Part shown: positions 18,958-28,383 of the stretch, piece after piece
Layout of the letters: every line of letters starts with the position of its first letter
How positions within the stretch are numbered: the stretch's first letter is position 1
From: Candidatus Lustribacter sp.
Lineage (GTDB): Bacteria; Vulcanimicrobiota; Vulcanimicrobiia; Vulcanimicrobiales; Vulcanimicrobiaceae
Direction of reading: 5' to 3'
Assembly (NCBI GenBank): GCA_965277805.1
Contig: OZ255842.1
Location: 1,760,001 to 1,824,000, forward strand
Length of the DNA stretch: 64,000 bases
Program-made: the position numbers and the translations under genes
Notes under the pieces: model-generated
What the model saw: only the letters and a program-made list of their open reading frames with translations
Told to the model about the DNA's origin: nothing
Databases searched by the model: none

Positions 18958-20598
18958 CTAGGAGTGCGGCGTCGAGCAAGGCGCGGGCGTCGTTCCGGGC
19001 GAGGCCGTCGGGATTGAGCTGCCGCTCGGGAACGCCGTGTTGTCGTAGTAGTTTTGCAGGGCGGTGAGCATCCCGGTGTCGCTGATATTCATGCCCCAGT
19101 CGAAGAGGTCGGTGGTCGTCGCGTTCGACGATCCGAACCACGCGCTCGAGGGCACGCCGCCCGATGTGTTGCGGATCATCGAGATCTTCTCGAGCCCGCC
19201 CGCGCTCTCGGTTTTCACGACCGCGTTGGGATCGAGCAACAGAAGATTCTGCAGGGCCGCCTTGGCTGCCGTGCTGTAGCCGCTGAACTCTTCCACCAGA
19301 ACGTGCATGATCGGATGCACCGACAGGCTCGCAATCTGGCACATCCCGTCATAGACGTCGTCGTTGTAATCACCGGTAGCCGGGTTCGGATTGAACGACT
19401 CGGTAATGAAATCGTACTCGTTTGTGGCGCTGACGAGGCCCGGAATTGCAACCGTCTGCAAGTAGGTGCTCTCCGTCTTGAGCGAGAGCTGCTTGTCGGT
19501 GGTGAACGAATCCGTATTGCCGCCCGGCGCAGGGGTCGGGAACGTGGTCAAGTCGGTTTGGATCGCGGCGTAGTCGGCCGCGTTCTTGTCGCGCATCACG
19601 ACGTCGCTTGAGAACCAGTTGTGGCCGTCCATATACGCGACGCCGTCGATGATCGCGAACTTCGCGTGGATGTCCATCGGCGCTTGCTGATAGGCGATCG
19701 ATGCGTTCGGCGTTGCCGGCGCTGTGGCCGTGGTGTACTCGTACTTCGCATGACCGCCTGCAGCTACGATAGCGGCGATGTCGGTCGCGTTGCTGCCGTT
19801 CTCACTATACGGCGTGATCACCGTAACGCTCGCGCCAGCACGTGCTGCGGCCTCGAGTGCCGTGTCGATGTCGCTCGAGAGATCCCACGCGCTGAGACAA
19901 ATCACGCGCCCTTGGGGAACGATCGTCGTGAAGAACGTCGATGCAACGTTTGTGAGCGACCCATCTTGTCCGGACGCGATCGCCTGGCTGCATGCCGTAT
20001 CGACGAAGGCCGGACCGCTCGTTGCGGTCGCCGTCGGACTCGGTGACGGTGTCGGCAACGCGCCCGATGCCGTGTAGAGCGCAAAGTACGCGTTGGGGTT
20101 CGCCACCACGGCCGGACTGAGCGCGACCGATGCGAAGGTCGCCGTCGTTCCGGTGACCGTTGCGGGAGTCGTGCTGACGCTGTCCCACTCCGTCCCAGTC
20201 CAATAAGCGAGAAAGACGGATTGCGTCGGTGCCGAGGCGAGAACGAACTGCCCGCCGATGGCGGAGATGGTCGTACTCGTGGCAGCCGAGAGCGTTATGT
20301 AGAGAAGCGGCGTGCCGGTCGCGAGCGAAGCGATACGGCGCAACGCGAGCACGCCGGTACCGGTGGGGTTGGTTGTCGTCGCTTGTGCGGTCACGGTGCC
20401 CGTGTCGGTCACGCTGAGCGTCGCAGAGATGCCGCCCGCTGAAGTCGTCACCGTTTGCGGCGTCGCCGGCGTCGATGTGGGCGTGCCGCCCGTCACGCCG
20501 GGAGCGCTCGGCACGGCTCCCCCGCCGCCTCCACCGCAAGCAGCGGTCGTGAGGGAGATTGCGACCAAGCCAACCATGGCCAAGCGCTTAAGCGACAT
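18958..20598 (-). CDS. Secreted lipoprotein with C-terminal phospholipase D-like domain
   Basis: GGAGGAG RBS before ATG 20598, lipobox TTAAC, Thr/Pro linkers, HKD motif HAKFAIID..YMDGHNW, second half-site ..WFGSSN. Confidence 0.8.
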   Translation of the reverse strand: MSLKRLAMVGLVAISLTTAACGGGGGGAVPSAPGVTGGTPTSTPATPQTVTTSAGGISATLSVTDTGTVTAQATTTNPTGTGVLALRRIASLATGTPLLYITLSAATSTTISAIGGQFVLASAPTQSVFLAYWTGTEWDSVSTTPATVTGTTATFASVALSPAVVANPNAYFALYTASGALPTPSPSPTATATSGPAFVDTACSQAIASGQDGSLTNVASTFFTTIVPQGRVICLSAWDLSSDIDTALEAAARAGASVTVITPYSENGSNATDIAAIVAAGGHAKYEYTTATAPATPNASIAYQQAPMDIHAKFAIIDGVAYMDGHNWFSSDVVMRDKNAADYAAIQTDLTTFPTPAPGGNTDSFTTDKQLSLKTESTYLQTVAIPGLVSATNEYDFITESFNPNPATGDYNDDVYDGMCQIASLSVHPIMHVLVEEFSGYSTAAKAALQNLLLLDPNAVVKTESAGGLEKISMIRNTSGGVPSSAWFGSSNATTTDLFDWGMNISDTGMLTALQNYYDNTAFPSGSSIPTASPGTTPAPCSTPHS

Positions 20599-20675
20599 GA
20601 CGACTCCTCCATGAGCGACGTATTTCAGCGACGTTCGTACGTGCTGCGCACTCATTCCTGGTATGTTGAAACGAG

Positions 20676-20722
20676 TTAAACAAAATGATCCCTAGCGAGC
20701 CTTGCAGCATCGCTAGGGATCA
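20676..20722 (-). terminator. Intrinsic terminator between the two lipoprotein genes
   Basis: 13-bp perfect inverted repeat TGATCCCTAGCGA/TCGCTAGGGATCA followed on the minus strand by TTTTGTTTAAC. Confidence 0.8.
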
Positions 20723-20749
20723 CGCCGTGCTAGGCGATTTTCCGGTGAA

Positions 20750-22210
20750 TTACCGCAGTAGCTGAACCGACTGTGGTTGTCCGCCGCGCGAGACGGACTG
20801 CGTAAGCGTTCCTGTCAACGACACGTCGTCATAGTACGCGTAGCCGTAGAACGTGGTCGACGTCGACGTTCCCATGATTCCTATGAACAACGTCATCGCC
20901 TGACCCGCGTAGGCTGTGAGGTCATACGGGCCTTTCTGTTTCCAGACACCTCCCTGAACCGCGGCGCCGCTCGGCGGCAAGCAGTCGGCCATCGGTGGTG
21001 CGAAGCTTGTGGGTTTGTTGAGGTTGTCGTAACAGTTGTCTTCAAGGAACAGGATCTTCGAGGGAGCCGTTGTCGTCGACATTGCCGTCGCACCGCTCGG
21101 GCCGCTCGAGGTGAACGAGCCGGCCGGATAGATTTCGCTTTCGACGTCGTTGCTGTAGAGACTCGAGTAGTTGCCGCCCTCAAATACCCACATCGTGAGC
21201 ATCGGATGGAACGACGGCACGGTGATGTCTTGGCACAGGCCGATGTTGCCCTTGCCGCGCTTCACCGACCCGCTGACGAGTGCGGAGTGTCCGACGAGTG
21301 CAGCATTTGCACCACCGTGCACCGGCGCGGTGCCGGTTCCGCCGGGCGTTCCGCTCGGCACGGACGTCGCGACCGCGAACGCGGTCAGGTCAGGAGAGGT
21401 CGTCGCGCCCGGGGTCGGCGAGGACGCCGGAATCGGAGTCGCGTCCTCATTCGGCGGAATCGGCAGGTTGTCGTCCACCGGACCACTCGGTTGGTGATTC
21501 GCGAAACAGGGATACCACGGTGAGAGCGACGTTGACGACGCCTCGAAGCCGCCGTTGACGATGGCTTGCGGCGAAGCGCCCGGGCTCGGCGAGGCGGTCG
21601 GTGATGGCGACGGCGTCGGCGACGGCGTCGGAGCCACGATCACGGCGCCGGTGTAGACCGCAATAAACATCGATGCGCCGGCCGCCAGCGAGATCGACGG
21701 GCTAAATGTTACCGCACCAAACGTGACGGTGTTGCCCGATACAGTTCCGGCGGATCCGATCGTTTGCCATGCGGAGGTCGCTGGATTGAAGTAGGCGAGA
21801 AAGACCGAGCCCGTCGGTGCGTTCGAAAACGTGAAGCTCGACGACGGGAAACCCGTAATCGTCGCGGCTGCCGACGCGGTGATTGAAAGATAAACGAGCG
21901 CCGTATTCGCCGTCGCCGCTTCAGGTTTCACCGACTGCGTCGTGGTGCCGCTTGCGCGGGCGACGTTCTGAATGGCGGGTGCACTGCCCGGAGGCGTGGA
22001 GCTCTCGGCGGCGTTGACGTTACCGCTACCGGTAATCGTGACGGTGCTCGTGATACCGCTGACGCCGGTGCCCGTCACAGCTGCGCCGGTCGTCGTCAGA
22101 CCCGTGCCGTGCGGCAACGGATCCTGTACGGTCGTACCGGGCGGGCCGCTACACGACGCAACGCCGATCGCGAGAACGGCCGTGAACACAGCCAAGTGCT
22201 TCAAAAACAC
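20750..22210 (-). CDS. Secreted lipoprotein with C-terminal jelly-roll/CBM-like domain
   Basis: GGAGG RBS before GTG 22210, lipobox GVASC, PTPSP linker, C-terminal domain bracketed by IVNGGFE and AYYDDVSL. Confidence 0.8.
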   Translation of the reverse strand: MFLKHLAVFTAVLAIGVASCSGPPGTTVQDPLPHGTGLTTTGAAVTGTGVSGITSTVTITGSGNVNAAESSTPPGSAPAIQNVARASGTTTQSVKPEAATANTALVYLSITASAAATITGFPSSSFTFSNAPTGSVFLAYFNPATSAWQTIGSAGTVSGNTVTFGAVTFSPSISLAAGASMFIAVYTGAVIVAPTPSPTPSPSPTASPSPGASPQAIVNGGFEASSTSLSPWYPCFANHQPSGPVDDNLPIPPNEDATPIPASSPTPGATTSPDLTAFAVATSVPSGTPGGTGTAPVHGGANAALVGHSALVSGSVKRGKGNIGLCQDITVPSFHPMLTMWVFEGGNYSSLYSNDVESEIYPAGSFTSSGPSGATAMSTTTAPSKILFLEDNCYDNLNKPTSFAPPMADCLPPSGAAVQGGVWKQKGPYDLTAYAGQAMTLFIGIMGTSTSTTFYGYAYYDDVSLTGTLTQSVSRGGQPQSVQLLR

Positions 22211-22375
22211 CGCCAACCTCCATGCCAAAAAAAAGCAAAATCCAGGGCGGCACGAGTCCGCCCGTCCCAGCCTTCGCCCAGCAGTCGTTAAATATCTACT
22301 GCCCGAGCGCACTCTTTGGCCAAACTTAAGGTCCCCGGCCGCGCTTAAGGCGGTGTTAACTTATAAGTCTTCGGC

Positions 22376-23026
22376 TCAGGGCAGCGGCAGCAGTGAGGCC
22401 GGGGGCGTGATCGCGGTGTCGGCGTTTTCAGGCACGCCGGAATCCACCAGCTGCCGGTACTGTATGAGACGGTCGGTGAGGCGTGTGACCTGCGCGCTGA
22501 GCTCATAGCTCTGCTGGATCGCCTGGGTCAGTTCGCTCGAATCGTACGTATAATCGAAGCGGTGCAGTGTGGTCGCGATGTCCTGCGCTTGGGTGCGTAG
22601 CAGCACAAACGAGCGCCGCAGCCCCGATCCCGTCGTACGATACGAGGGGTAGTTGGATACGACGATATCACGCTTGACCTCGGCCTGCTCGACCTGCGCG
22701 CGGAGCGCTTCGATCCGGGGGTCGCCCGGCGCGTAGTGGTTCGCAACGTCCAGCGCGCGGACGGCATCCTCGAACCGCGAGGCAGTGAACAGCGATTGTG
22801 CGATCCGCGCTTGCACGGCGACGAGCCCGGCGCGCGCGTGCGAATTCGTCGGGTCGACGCGCAGCGCCAACTGGTAGGCGATCGATGCGTCGGCCGAGTT
22901 GCCGTGATTGAGCGCGACGTCACCTTGATGATTGCGCGTCTGCACGATCCACGTCGTGATCGTCGACGCGCAGCCGGTCGTGCTCACGAGAACCGAAAAT
23001 AACAGGGCCAACCACCAGTGACGCAT
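22376..23026 (-). CDS. Hypothetical TPR-like lipoprotein
   Basis: Lipobox TTGC; AYQLALRVDPTN TPR-like repeat; ATG 23026 with AGGAG RBS. Confidence 0.75.
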   Translation of the reverse strand: MRHWWLALLFSVLVSTTGCASTITTWIVQTRNHQGDVALNHGNSADASIAYQLALRVDPTNSHARAGLVAVQARIAQSLFTASRFEDAVRALDVANHYAPGDPRIEALRAQVEQAEVKRDIVVSNYPSYRTTGSGLRRSFVLLRTQAQDIATTLHRFDYTYDSSELTQAIQQSYELSAQVTRLTDRLIQYRQLVDSGVPENADTAITPPASLLPLP

Positions 23027-23036
23027 CGAAATGCTC

Positions 23037-23906
23037 CTACGAATGACGGGACGAAACGAAGATGTGCGCGGCCTGGGCGATGAGCCAGGCCCCGGGCCAA
23101 AGGATGAGCTGCGAGAGAATTGTGCCGGCAATCGCGGTCACGGCTAGATAAAAGATCAACGAACGAACTTCGCCCAAGGTTCGCTCGCCCTTCGCGGCTT
23201 GGTCGGTGATGATCGCGCTCGTCGGGTCGACCAGCAGGGTGAACGCGATCGTTCCGATGCCGTTGATGATGCCGGAGAGCCCGACCGCCGTGGTCCGCGC
23301 GGCCAGGTTGAGCACGCTGGCATAATACGCCGCCAGGACCCCGATCGAATACACCGCGGTCACGAGCACGTTCGCGATCAGCAGCTTGCGCGGAACGTGC
23401 GCGATCGAGAAGCTGCGCGCGATAGAAATATCGGGGAAACGGAGCGATCCGGCGACCTCGCGCATCACGCCGATGTCGGCGAGACGCATGACGGCCTTTA
23501 GCACCGATCCCTGGCGCTCGAACGAGCCGATGCCGCGCACGAACATGAAGATGAACGTCGGCATCAGCATCAGGCCGACCGTCGTGCCGATGGTGCCCGA
23601 GAACACGACCAGCCGCAGCTGTAACGCGAACACGTCGACGAGATGGGGCGTTGCCACGGTGAGGTGATGACGCAGCGCGTCATTGGCGGTCGCGTCGGCA
23701 AGCCCGCCGAGCGCCGGCGTGACGATCAGCGTTGCCAGGCGGCTCGCGGTCATCACGAGGTTGAAGAGCGAAATCGCCGTAGCGATCCGGCCGGTCTTCA
23801 CGCCTGCATAACGCGCGGCGTATGCGCCAATCTGCAGCGCCTGCACGAGGCCGTTCAGCAGCATGGCGATCAGCAGGTTCGGTACGAACACTTCCGCCGC
23901 GCCCAT
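23037..23906 (-). CDS. amj: Lipid II flippase Amj family (DUF2837)
   Basis: AYAARYAGVKTGRIATAISLFN, LSGIINGIGTIAFTLLVDP, TM pattern. Confidence 0.8.
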   Translation of the reverse strand: MGAAEVFVPNLLIAMLLNGLVQALQIGAYAARYAGVKTGRIATAISLFNLVMTASRLATLIVTPALGGLADATANDALRHHLTVATPHLVDVFALQLRLVVFSGTIGTTVGLMLMPTFIFMFVRGIGSFERQGSVLKAVMRLADIGVMREVAGSLRFPDISIARSFSIAHVPRKLLIANVLVTAVYSIGVLAAYYASVLNLAARTTAVGLSGIINGIGTIAFTLLVDPTSAIITDQAAKGERTLGEVRSLIFYLAVTAIAGTILSQLILWPGAWLIAQAAHIFVSSRHS

Positions 23907-23911
23907 CGAAC

Positions 23912-25168
23912 TTATACCACGTTGCGGCGGCGCAGCCGGACCGCGTCCGGCTCGAGCGGACCCAGCACGCACAGTCCCCGTTCGGTCGCGAAAAGTTCGC
24001 GCGCGAGCGCGTCGACGTCGGCGACTTCGACCGCATCGAACCGTTCTTCCACTTCTTCTGCCGAGATTTGGCGTCCGTGCACGATTGCGTTGCGCGCGAG
24101 GCGCGACATGCGGCTCGACGTGCTCTCGAGCGCGAGCGTCATGTTGCCCTTGAGCTGCTCGCGTGCGCGCGCCACTTCATCCGGTGTCACGCCGCCGTCG
24201 ATCAGGCCGTCGATCTCATCAACGATCACGTCGACGCATTCCTGAACCCGGTCGGGCGACGTGCCCGCGCTCACGCCGAACAAGCCGGCGGCACGGTACG
24301 CTTGCTGAAACGACGAGACTTCGTATGCGAGCCCGCGCTCTTCGCGCACTTCCTGAAAGAGCCGGCTCGACATCCCGCCGCCGAGGATCGTATCGAGCAC
24401 CGAGAGCGTGTAGCGCCGTTCGTCGCGCATCGAGAGCCCCGGCATACCGAGCATCACGTACGCTTGTTCCGTGTCGTCGTGCGTCACGTTGATCGCGGGC
24501 CGGAAGGCCGGCTGTTCGGGTTGCGGCACCCGCGCTTGGCCGCTGAACTCGGCGAAGGCCTCGCCCAAACGCGCGGCGAGGTCGTCGTGGTCGAGGTTTC
24601 CGGCCGCGGCGATCAGCACGGTGCCGGGTGCATAGCGTTCGCGGTGCCAGGCAGCAAGCACGTCGCGGTCGATGGCCGCGACGGTATGCGCGAAGCCGAT
24701 CGTCGGATCGCCGAGATTCGCGCCGCGCCAGAGCGTGCGCGTGAACGCATCGTTGATGACCTCGTCGGGCGAGTCATCGTACATCTTGATCTCTTCGAGC
24801 ACCACATCGCGTTCTTTGCGCAACTCATCGGCATCGAGCACGGAATGCAAGAACATATCCGAGAGCACGTCGACTGCGACCGGCAGATGCTTGTCCATCA
24901 CGTGTGCGTAGAACACGGTGAGTTCTTTGTCGGTCGCGGCGTTGAGGTTGCCGCCGACGGCGTCCATCTCTTCGGCGATCCGGCGCGCGCTGCGGCGCGC
25001 CGTACCTTTGAACAGCATGTGTTCGAGCAGGTGCGAGATGCCGCGGCGTTCGGGCGGCTCTTCCGACGAGCCGACTTCGGCGAAGATGCCGAGCGTCGCC
25101 GAGCGCACGTGCGACATCGATTCCGTCAACAGCCGCACGCCGCCGGGCAGCACGCTCTCGCGAATCAT
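23912..25168 (-). CDS. M16 (pitrilysin) family metallopeptidase
   Basis: GISHLLEHMLFKGT (inverted HxxEH), LGGGMSSRLFQEVREERGLAY; ATG 25168. Confidence 0.95.
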   Translation of the reverse strand: MIRESVLPGGVRLLTESMSHVRSATLGIFAEVGSSEEPPERRGISHLLEHMLFKGTARRSARRIAEEMDAVGGNLNAATDKELTVFYAHVMDKHLPVAVDVLSDMFLHSVLDADELRKERDVVLEEIKMYDDSPDEVINDAFTRTLWRGANLGDPTIGFAHTVAAIDRDVLAAWHRERYAPGTVLIAAAGNLDHDDLAARLGEAFAEFSGQARVPQPEQPAFRPAINVTHDDTEQAYVMLGMPGLSMRDERRYTLSVLDTILGGGMSSRLFQEVREERGLAYEVSSFQQAYRAAGLFGVSAGTSPDRVQECVDVIVDEIDGLIDGGVTPDEVARAREQLKGNMTLALESTSSRMSRLARNAIVHGRQISAEEVEERFDAVEVADVDALARELFATERGLCVLGPLEPDAVRLRRRNVV

Positions 25169-25692
25169 CCGTTGGACCCGCCGGCCAGCTCGCTGCGAAA
25201 CTTCGGGTCCCAGAAGACGTTGGCATTGCCGCTCGGCGAGCCCGTCAGCACGCGCGGCACGGTCGTTGCAAAGACCGTGGCCGATGAGGGCATCGCGAAG
25301 TCGCCGCTCACGACCGCGCCCTTGCCCGCGTCCGCCGGAACCGTCACCCAGAGATCGACCTCGGCGATCGCCGGATCGACGGCGAACGCGCCGCTGACCA
25401 GCGCATCGACCTCGGCGCGAAAGGCGGCGGTGTCGACGCGCCGGTGAAACTTCACCCCCGAGAGCGTCAAACCGCAAAAGCTTGCCGCAGCGGTGCGCTC
25501 GCAACGAACGCGCGTGAGCTGCAGATCGAGCGGACGCGCCAAGAGCGCGTGCGCGATTCGCTGCGCCAACGCGCGATCGCCGCCGGCCGAGCGTCCGACG
25601 GCGCGGTAATCCACCGCCGCCGACGCCACGGCGGTGCTCAGCCCGAAGACGAGTGTCGCCAACGCGACGCCGAGTCTAGTAGCTTTGCGCAA
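25165..25692 (-). CDS. Hypothetical secreted protein
   Basis: Signal-like hydrophobic stretch; stop coupled to the peptidase start; start uncertain (TTG 25692 preferred over 25740). Confidence 0.6.
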   Translation of the reverse strand: MRKATRLGVALATLVFGLSTAVASAAVDYRAVGRSAGGDRALAQRIAHALLARPLDLQLTRVRCERTAAASFCGLTLSGVKFHRRVDTAAFRAEVDALVSGAFAVDPAIAEVDLWVTVPADAGKGAVVSGDFAMPSSATVFATTVPRVLTGSPSGNANVFWDPKFRSELAGGSNG

Positions 25693-27121
25693 AGTAGGCC
25701 TGAGCCGTGGCCGGCTCGCCGCAGGCGACGCAGGTAGCACTCTGCGCCGGCCTACGCAGATTACGCGAGGTTGCGCTCGTCGCTTCCTTGATCGCCGCTT
25801 CGCACTCGGGACGCTCGCACCACGCGATGTCGATCATCCCCGCGCGCTCCTCGAGCAAACGCAAGAATTCGACGCGATCGCCGGTCGAGATCGTATGCGA
25901 CTCCAAGTACGCTTTGGCTTGGCTGAAAAGCGAGGCTTGAATCTCCTCGAGCACGGCCGGGATCTCGGCCACGATCGCATCGAGCGGCACCGTGCGCTTC
26001 TGACCTTCTTCTTTAAATGCGCGATCGCGTCGTACGAGCGTGGCAACGCCGCCCTCGAGATCGCGCGCGCCGAGCTCGATGCGCAACGGCACGCCGCGCA
26101 TGTCCCACTCGTTGAACTTGAAGCCGGGCGATTGGCCTTCGCGATCGTCGAGCTTCACCCGAAGTCCGGCTTTCTTGCACGCCGTGAACAAACCGCGCGC
26201 CGCGTCGAGCACGGCCGTCCCGTCGCCGCGCACGATCGGCACGATCACAACCTCGATCGGCGCCATCTTCGGCGGCATGCGCAGCCCGCGATCGTCGCCG
26301 TGCACCATGATCAGCGCGCCAAGCATGCGCCACGACATGCCCCACGACGTCGTCCACGCGAACTGCTGCGTCTGATCTTCGGCCTGGAACGAGATGTCAT
26401 AAGCGCGCGAAAAGTTCTGACCGAGCTCGTGCGAGGTGCCGGCCTGGAGCGCCTTGCCGTCGGGCATCAGCGCTTCGATCGAATACGTGTGGTTTGCGCC
26501 GGCGAAACGTTCGCTCGCGCTCTTCTCACCGAGGTACACCGGAACAGCGGCGACGTTCTCCGCGACGTCGCGATAGACGTCGAGCATGCGCGCCACTTCT
26601 TCGGCCGCTTCTTGCTCGGTCGCGTGCGCGGTGTGGCCTTCTTGCCACAAGAACTCGAGCGTTCGCAAGAACGGTCGCGTACGCTTTTCCCAGCGCAGCA
26701 CGTTGGCCCACTGATTGATGAGGATCGGCAGATCGCGGTAGGACTGCACCCACTCGGCGTACATCGTCCCAATGATCACTTCAGACGTGGGCCGGATCGC
26801 GAGCCGCTCGGTCAACTTTTCACCGCCGCCTTCGGTGACCCAGGCGACTTCGGGCGCGAAGCCCTCGACGTGCTCGGCTTCGCGCACGAGCAGCGACTCC
26901 GGGATCAGCAGCGGAAAGTAGGCGTTCTCGTGGCCCGTTTCTTTGAAGCGCCGATCGAGCTCGGCTTGCAGCCGCTCCCAGAGCCCGTAGCCATAGGGTC
27001 GCAGCACGAGGCAACCCCGCACCGGGGCCTGCGATACCAGTTCGGCGCGGTAGCAGATCGCCTGATACCATTCGGAGAGATCGGCGGCTTTGGGCGGGAT
27101 ATCACGGACGAGTTCGGGCAC
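25676..27121 (-). CDS. proS: Proline--tRNA ligase, archaeal/eukaryote type
   Basis: HVEGFAPEVAWV, IRPTSE, TRPFLRTLEFLWQEGHT, QAGTSHELGQNF, C-terminal Cys cluster. Confidence 0.97.
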   Translation of the reverse strand: MPELVRDIPPKAADLSEWYQAICYRAELVSQAPVRGCLVLRPYGYGLWERLQAELDRRFKETGHENAYFPLLIPESLLVREAEHVEGFAPEVAWVTEGGGEKLTERLAIRPTSEVIIGTMYAEWVQSYRDLPILINQWANVLRWEKRTRPFLRTLEFLWQEGHTAHATEQEAAEEVARMLDVYRDVAENVAAVPVYLGEKSASERFAGANHTYSIEALMPDGKALQAGTSHELGQNFSRAYDISFQAEDQTQQFAWTTSWGMSWRMLGALIMVHGDDRGLRMPPKMAPIEVVIVPIVRGDGTAVLDAARGLFTACKKAGLRVKLDDREGQSPGFKFNEWDMRGVPLRIELGARDLEGGVATLVRRDRAFKEEGQKRTVPLDAIVAEIPAVLEEIQASLFSQAKAYLESHTISTGDRVEFLRLLEERAGMIDIAWCERPECEAAIKEATSATSRNLRRPAQSATCVACGEPATAQAYFAQSY

Positions 27122-27164
27122 GACCCATCCGAATTCTAAGACACCGACCCGCTCCCTTTAGCGG

Positions 27165-27184
27165 AAAGCCCGCATCACGCGGGC
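27165..27184 (-). terminator. Possible weak terminator
   Basis: GCCCGC-GTGAT-GCGGGC followed by TTT on the minus strand, just after the 27190 stop. Confidence 0.4.
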
Positions 27185-27189
27185 ACGTG

Positions 27190-27723
27190 CTAAGACTGGC
27201 GGCGCGCGCGAACGATTCGGATGCTGATCGTCGAGCCTTGCGGGATCAACACGTTTTGGCGATTGTTCCCCGCGATGGCCGCGCCAGCGCCGGCGCCGAG
27301 CAGCGCACCGATACCGTGTCCGAGCAGGCCGCCGACGAGGGCGCCCGCCGCGGCGCCGCCGACCGTCTTGCCGGCATTGCTCTTCGTCTGAAGGTCGACG
27401 TTCTCGGTGTAGGCGCTGATCTGATAGACGGCGCCCGAGCGCGTGTTCACCTTGTCGTAGGCGAGCGTGATTTTACCGTTCGTGCCTTGTCCGGCGGCTT
27501 GAACTGCAGCCACATGGCCATAGATCGTCGCCCCGTTGATGTCGTAGTTCGACGAGTGCGCGTTCGAAATCGTGAACGGCTGGCCCACCTGAACGTGGTT
27601 TGAGCTGAGGTTGGCGTCGAAGGTTCCGGTCAGGGTTGTGCCCGGGCTAAGCTGCGCCAGCGCTGCGATCGGCAGCACCGCAAACAGGATACCGGCAAAT
27701 AGGGTAGTCAGTGTACGGCCCAT
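27190..27723 (-). CDS. Secreted protein with glycine zipper
   Basis: Signal peptide, GAAAGALVGGLLGHGIGALLGAGAG zipper, GAGGAG RBS. Confidence 0.8.
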   Translation of the reverse strand: MGRTLTTLFAGILFAVLPIAALAQLSPGTTLTGTFDANLSSNHVQVGQPFTISNAHSSNYDINGATIYGHVAAVQAAGQGTNGKITLAYDKVNTRSGAVYQISAYTENVDLQTKSNAGKTVGGAAAGALVGGLLGHGIGALLGAGAGAAIAGNNRQNVLIPQGSTISIRIVRARRQS

Positions 27724-27759
27724 GGAATACTCCTCGGTAGTGGCGAACCGCTTGTGTTC

Positions 27760-28383
27760 ATGCCCAAATTAACGCGGATCTACACGCGCACGGGGGACGA
27801 CGGGACGACCGGTCTCGTCGGGGGGCAGCGCGTCAAGAAGAACGATCTGCGGATCGAAGCCTATGGTTGCGTGGACGAGCTGTCCAGCGCGATCGGCGTG
27901 GCGCGTTCGGCGCTCGCCGACGTTGCGCGAACGCGGCAAGTTCAGGATATCGCGCGCGCGCTGCGGGTCACGCACCAGCTCGATGCGTGGCTCGCGTGGA
28001 CGCAAGACGTCCTCTTCAATCTCGGCAGCGATTTGGCGACGCTCCCGGATGACCGCTGGGAAGGTATGCCCCTGATCACATCCGCCGACGCCGTCGCGCT
28101 CGAACGCGCGATCGATGCCGCGGAAGCTGATCTCGAACCGCTCGATACCTTCATTCTTCCGGGCGGATCGTACCCCGGCGCATTTCTCCATGTTGCGCGC
28201 ACGATCGCGCGGCGGGCGGAGCGTTTGCTGATTTCGCTGCGCGAACGCGAGGCGGTTTCCGACGACGTGATGCGCTACGTCAACCGTCTTTCCGATGCGC
28301 TCTTCGTGTGGTCGCGCTGGATCAACGCCGCCCTCGATCAACCCGAACACCGCTGGAACGCCGCAACAAAACCGCCACTCTAG
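27760..28383 (+). CDS. ATP:cob(I)alamin adenosyltransferase, PduO type
   Basis: IYTRTGDDGTT, AYGCVDELSS, FILPGG, ARTIARRAER, YVNRLSD. Confidence 0.95.
   Translation: MPKLTRIYTRTGDDGTTGLVGGQRVKKNDLRIEAYGCVDELSSAIGVARSALADVARTRQVQDIARALRVTHQLDAWLAWTQDVLFNLGSDLATLPDDRWEGMPLITSADAVALERAIDAAEADLEPLDTFILPGGSYPGAFLHVARTIARRAERLLISLREREAVSDDVMRYVNRLSDALFVWSRWINAALDQPEHRWNAATKPPL

Noticed and set aside
18958-20598. PLD-nuclease anti-phage defence gene
   Set aside because: It has a lipoprotein signal and no helicase or other defence partner nearby
23822-27139. Long plus-strand ORFs (541 aa and 501 aa)
   Set aside because: Antisense to the M16 peptidase and proS; no motifs
27122-27189. T-box leader for proS
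   Set aside because: Only 68 nt of intergenic space and no T-box consensus
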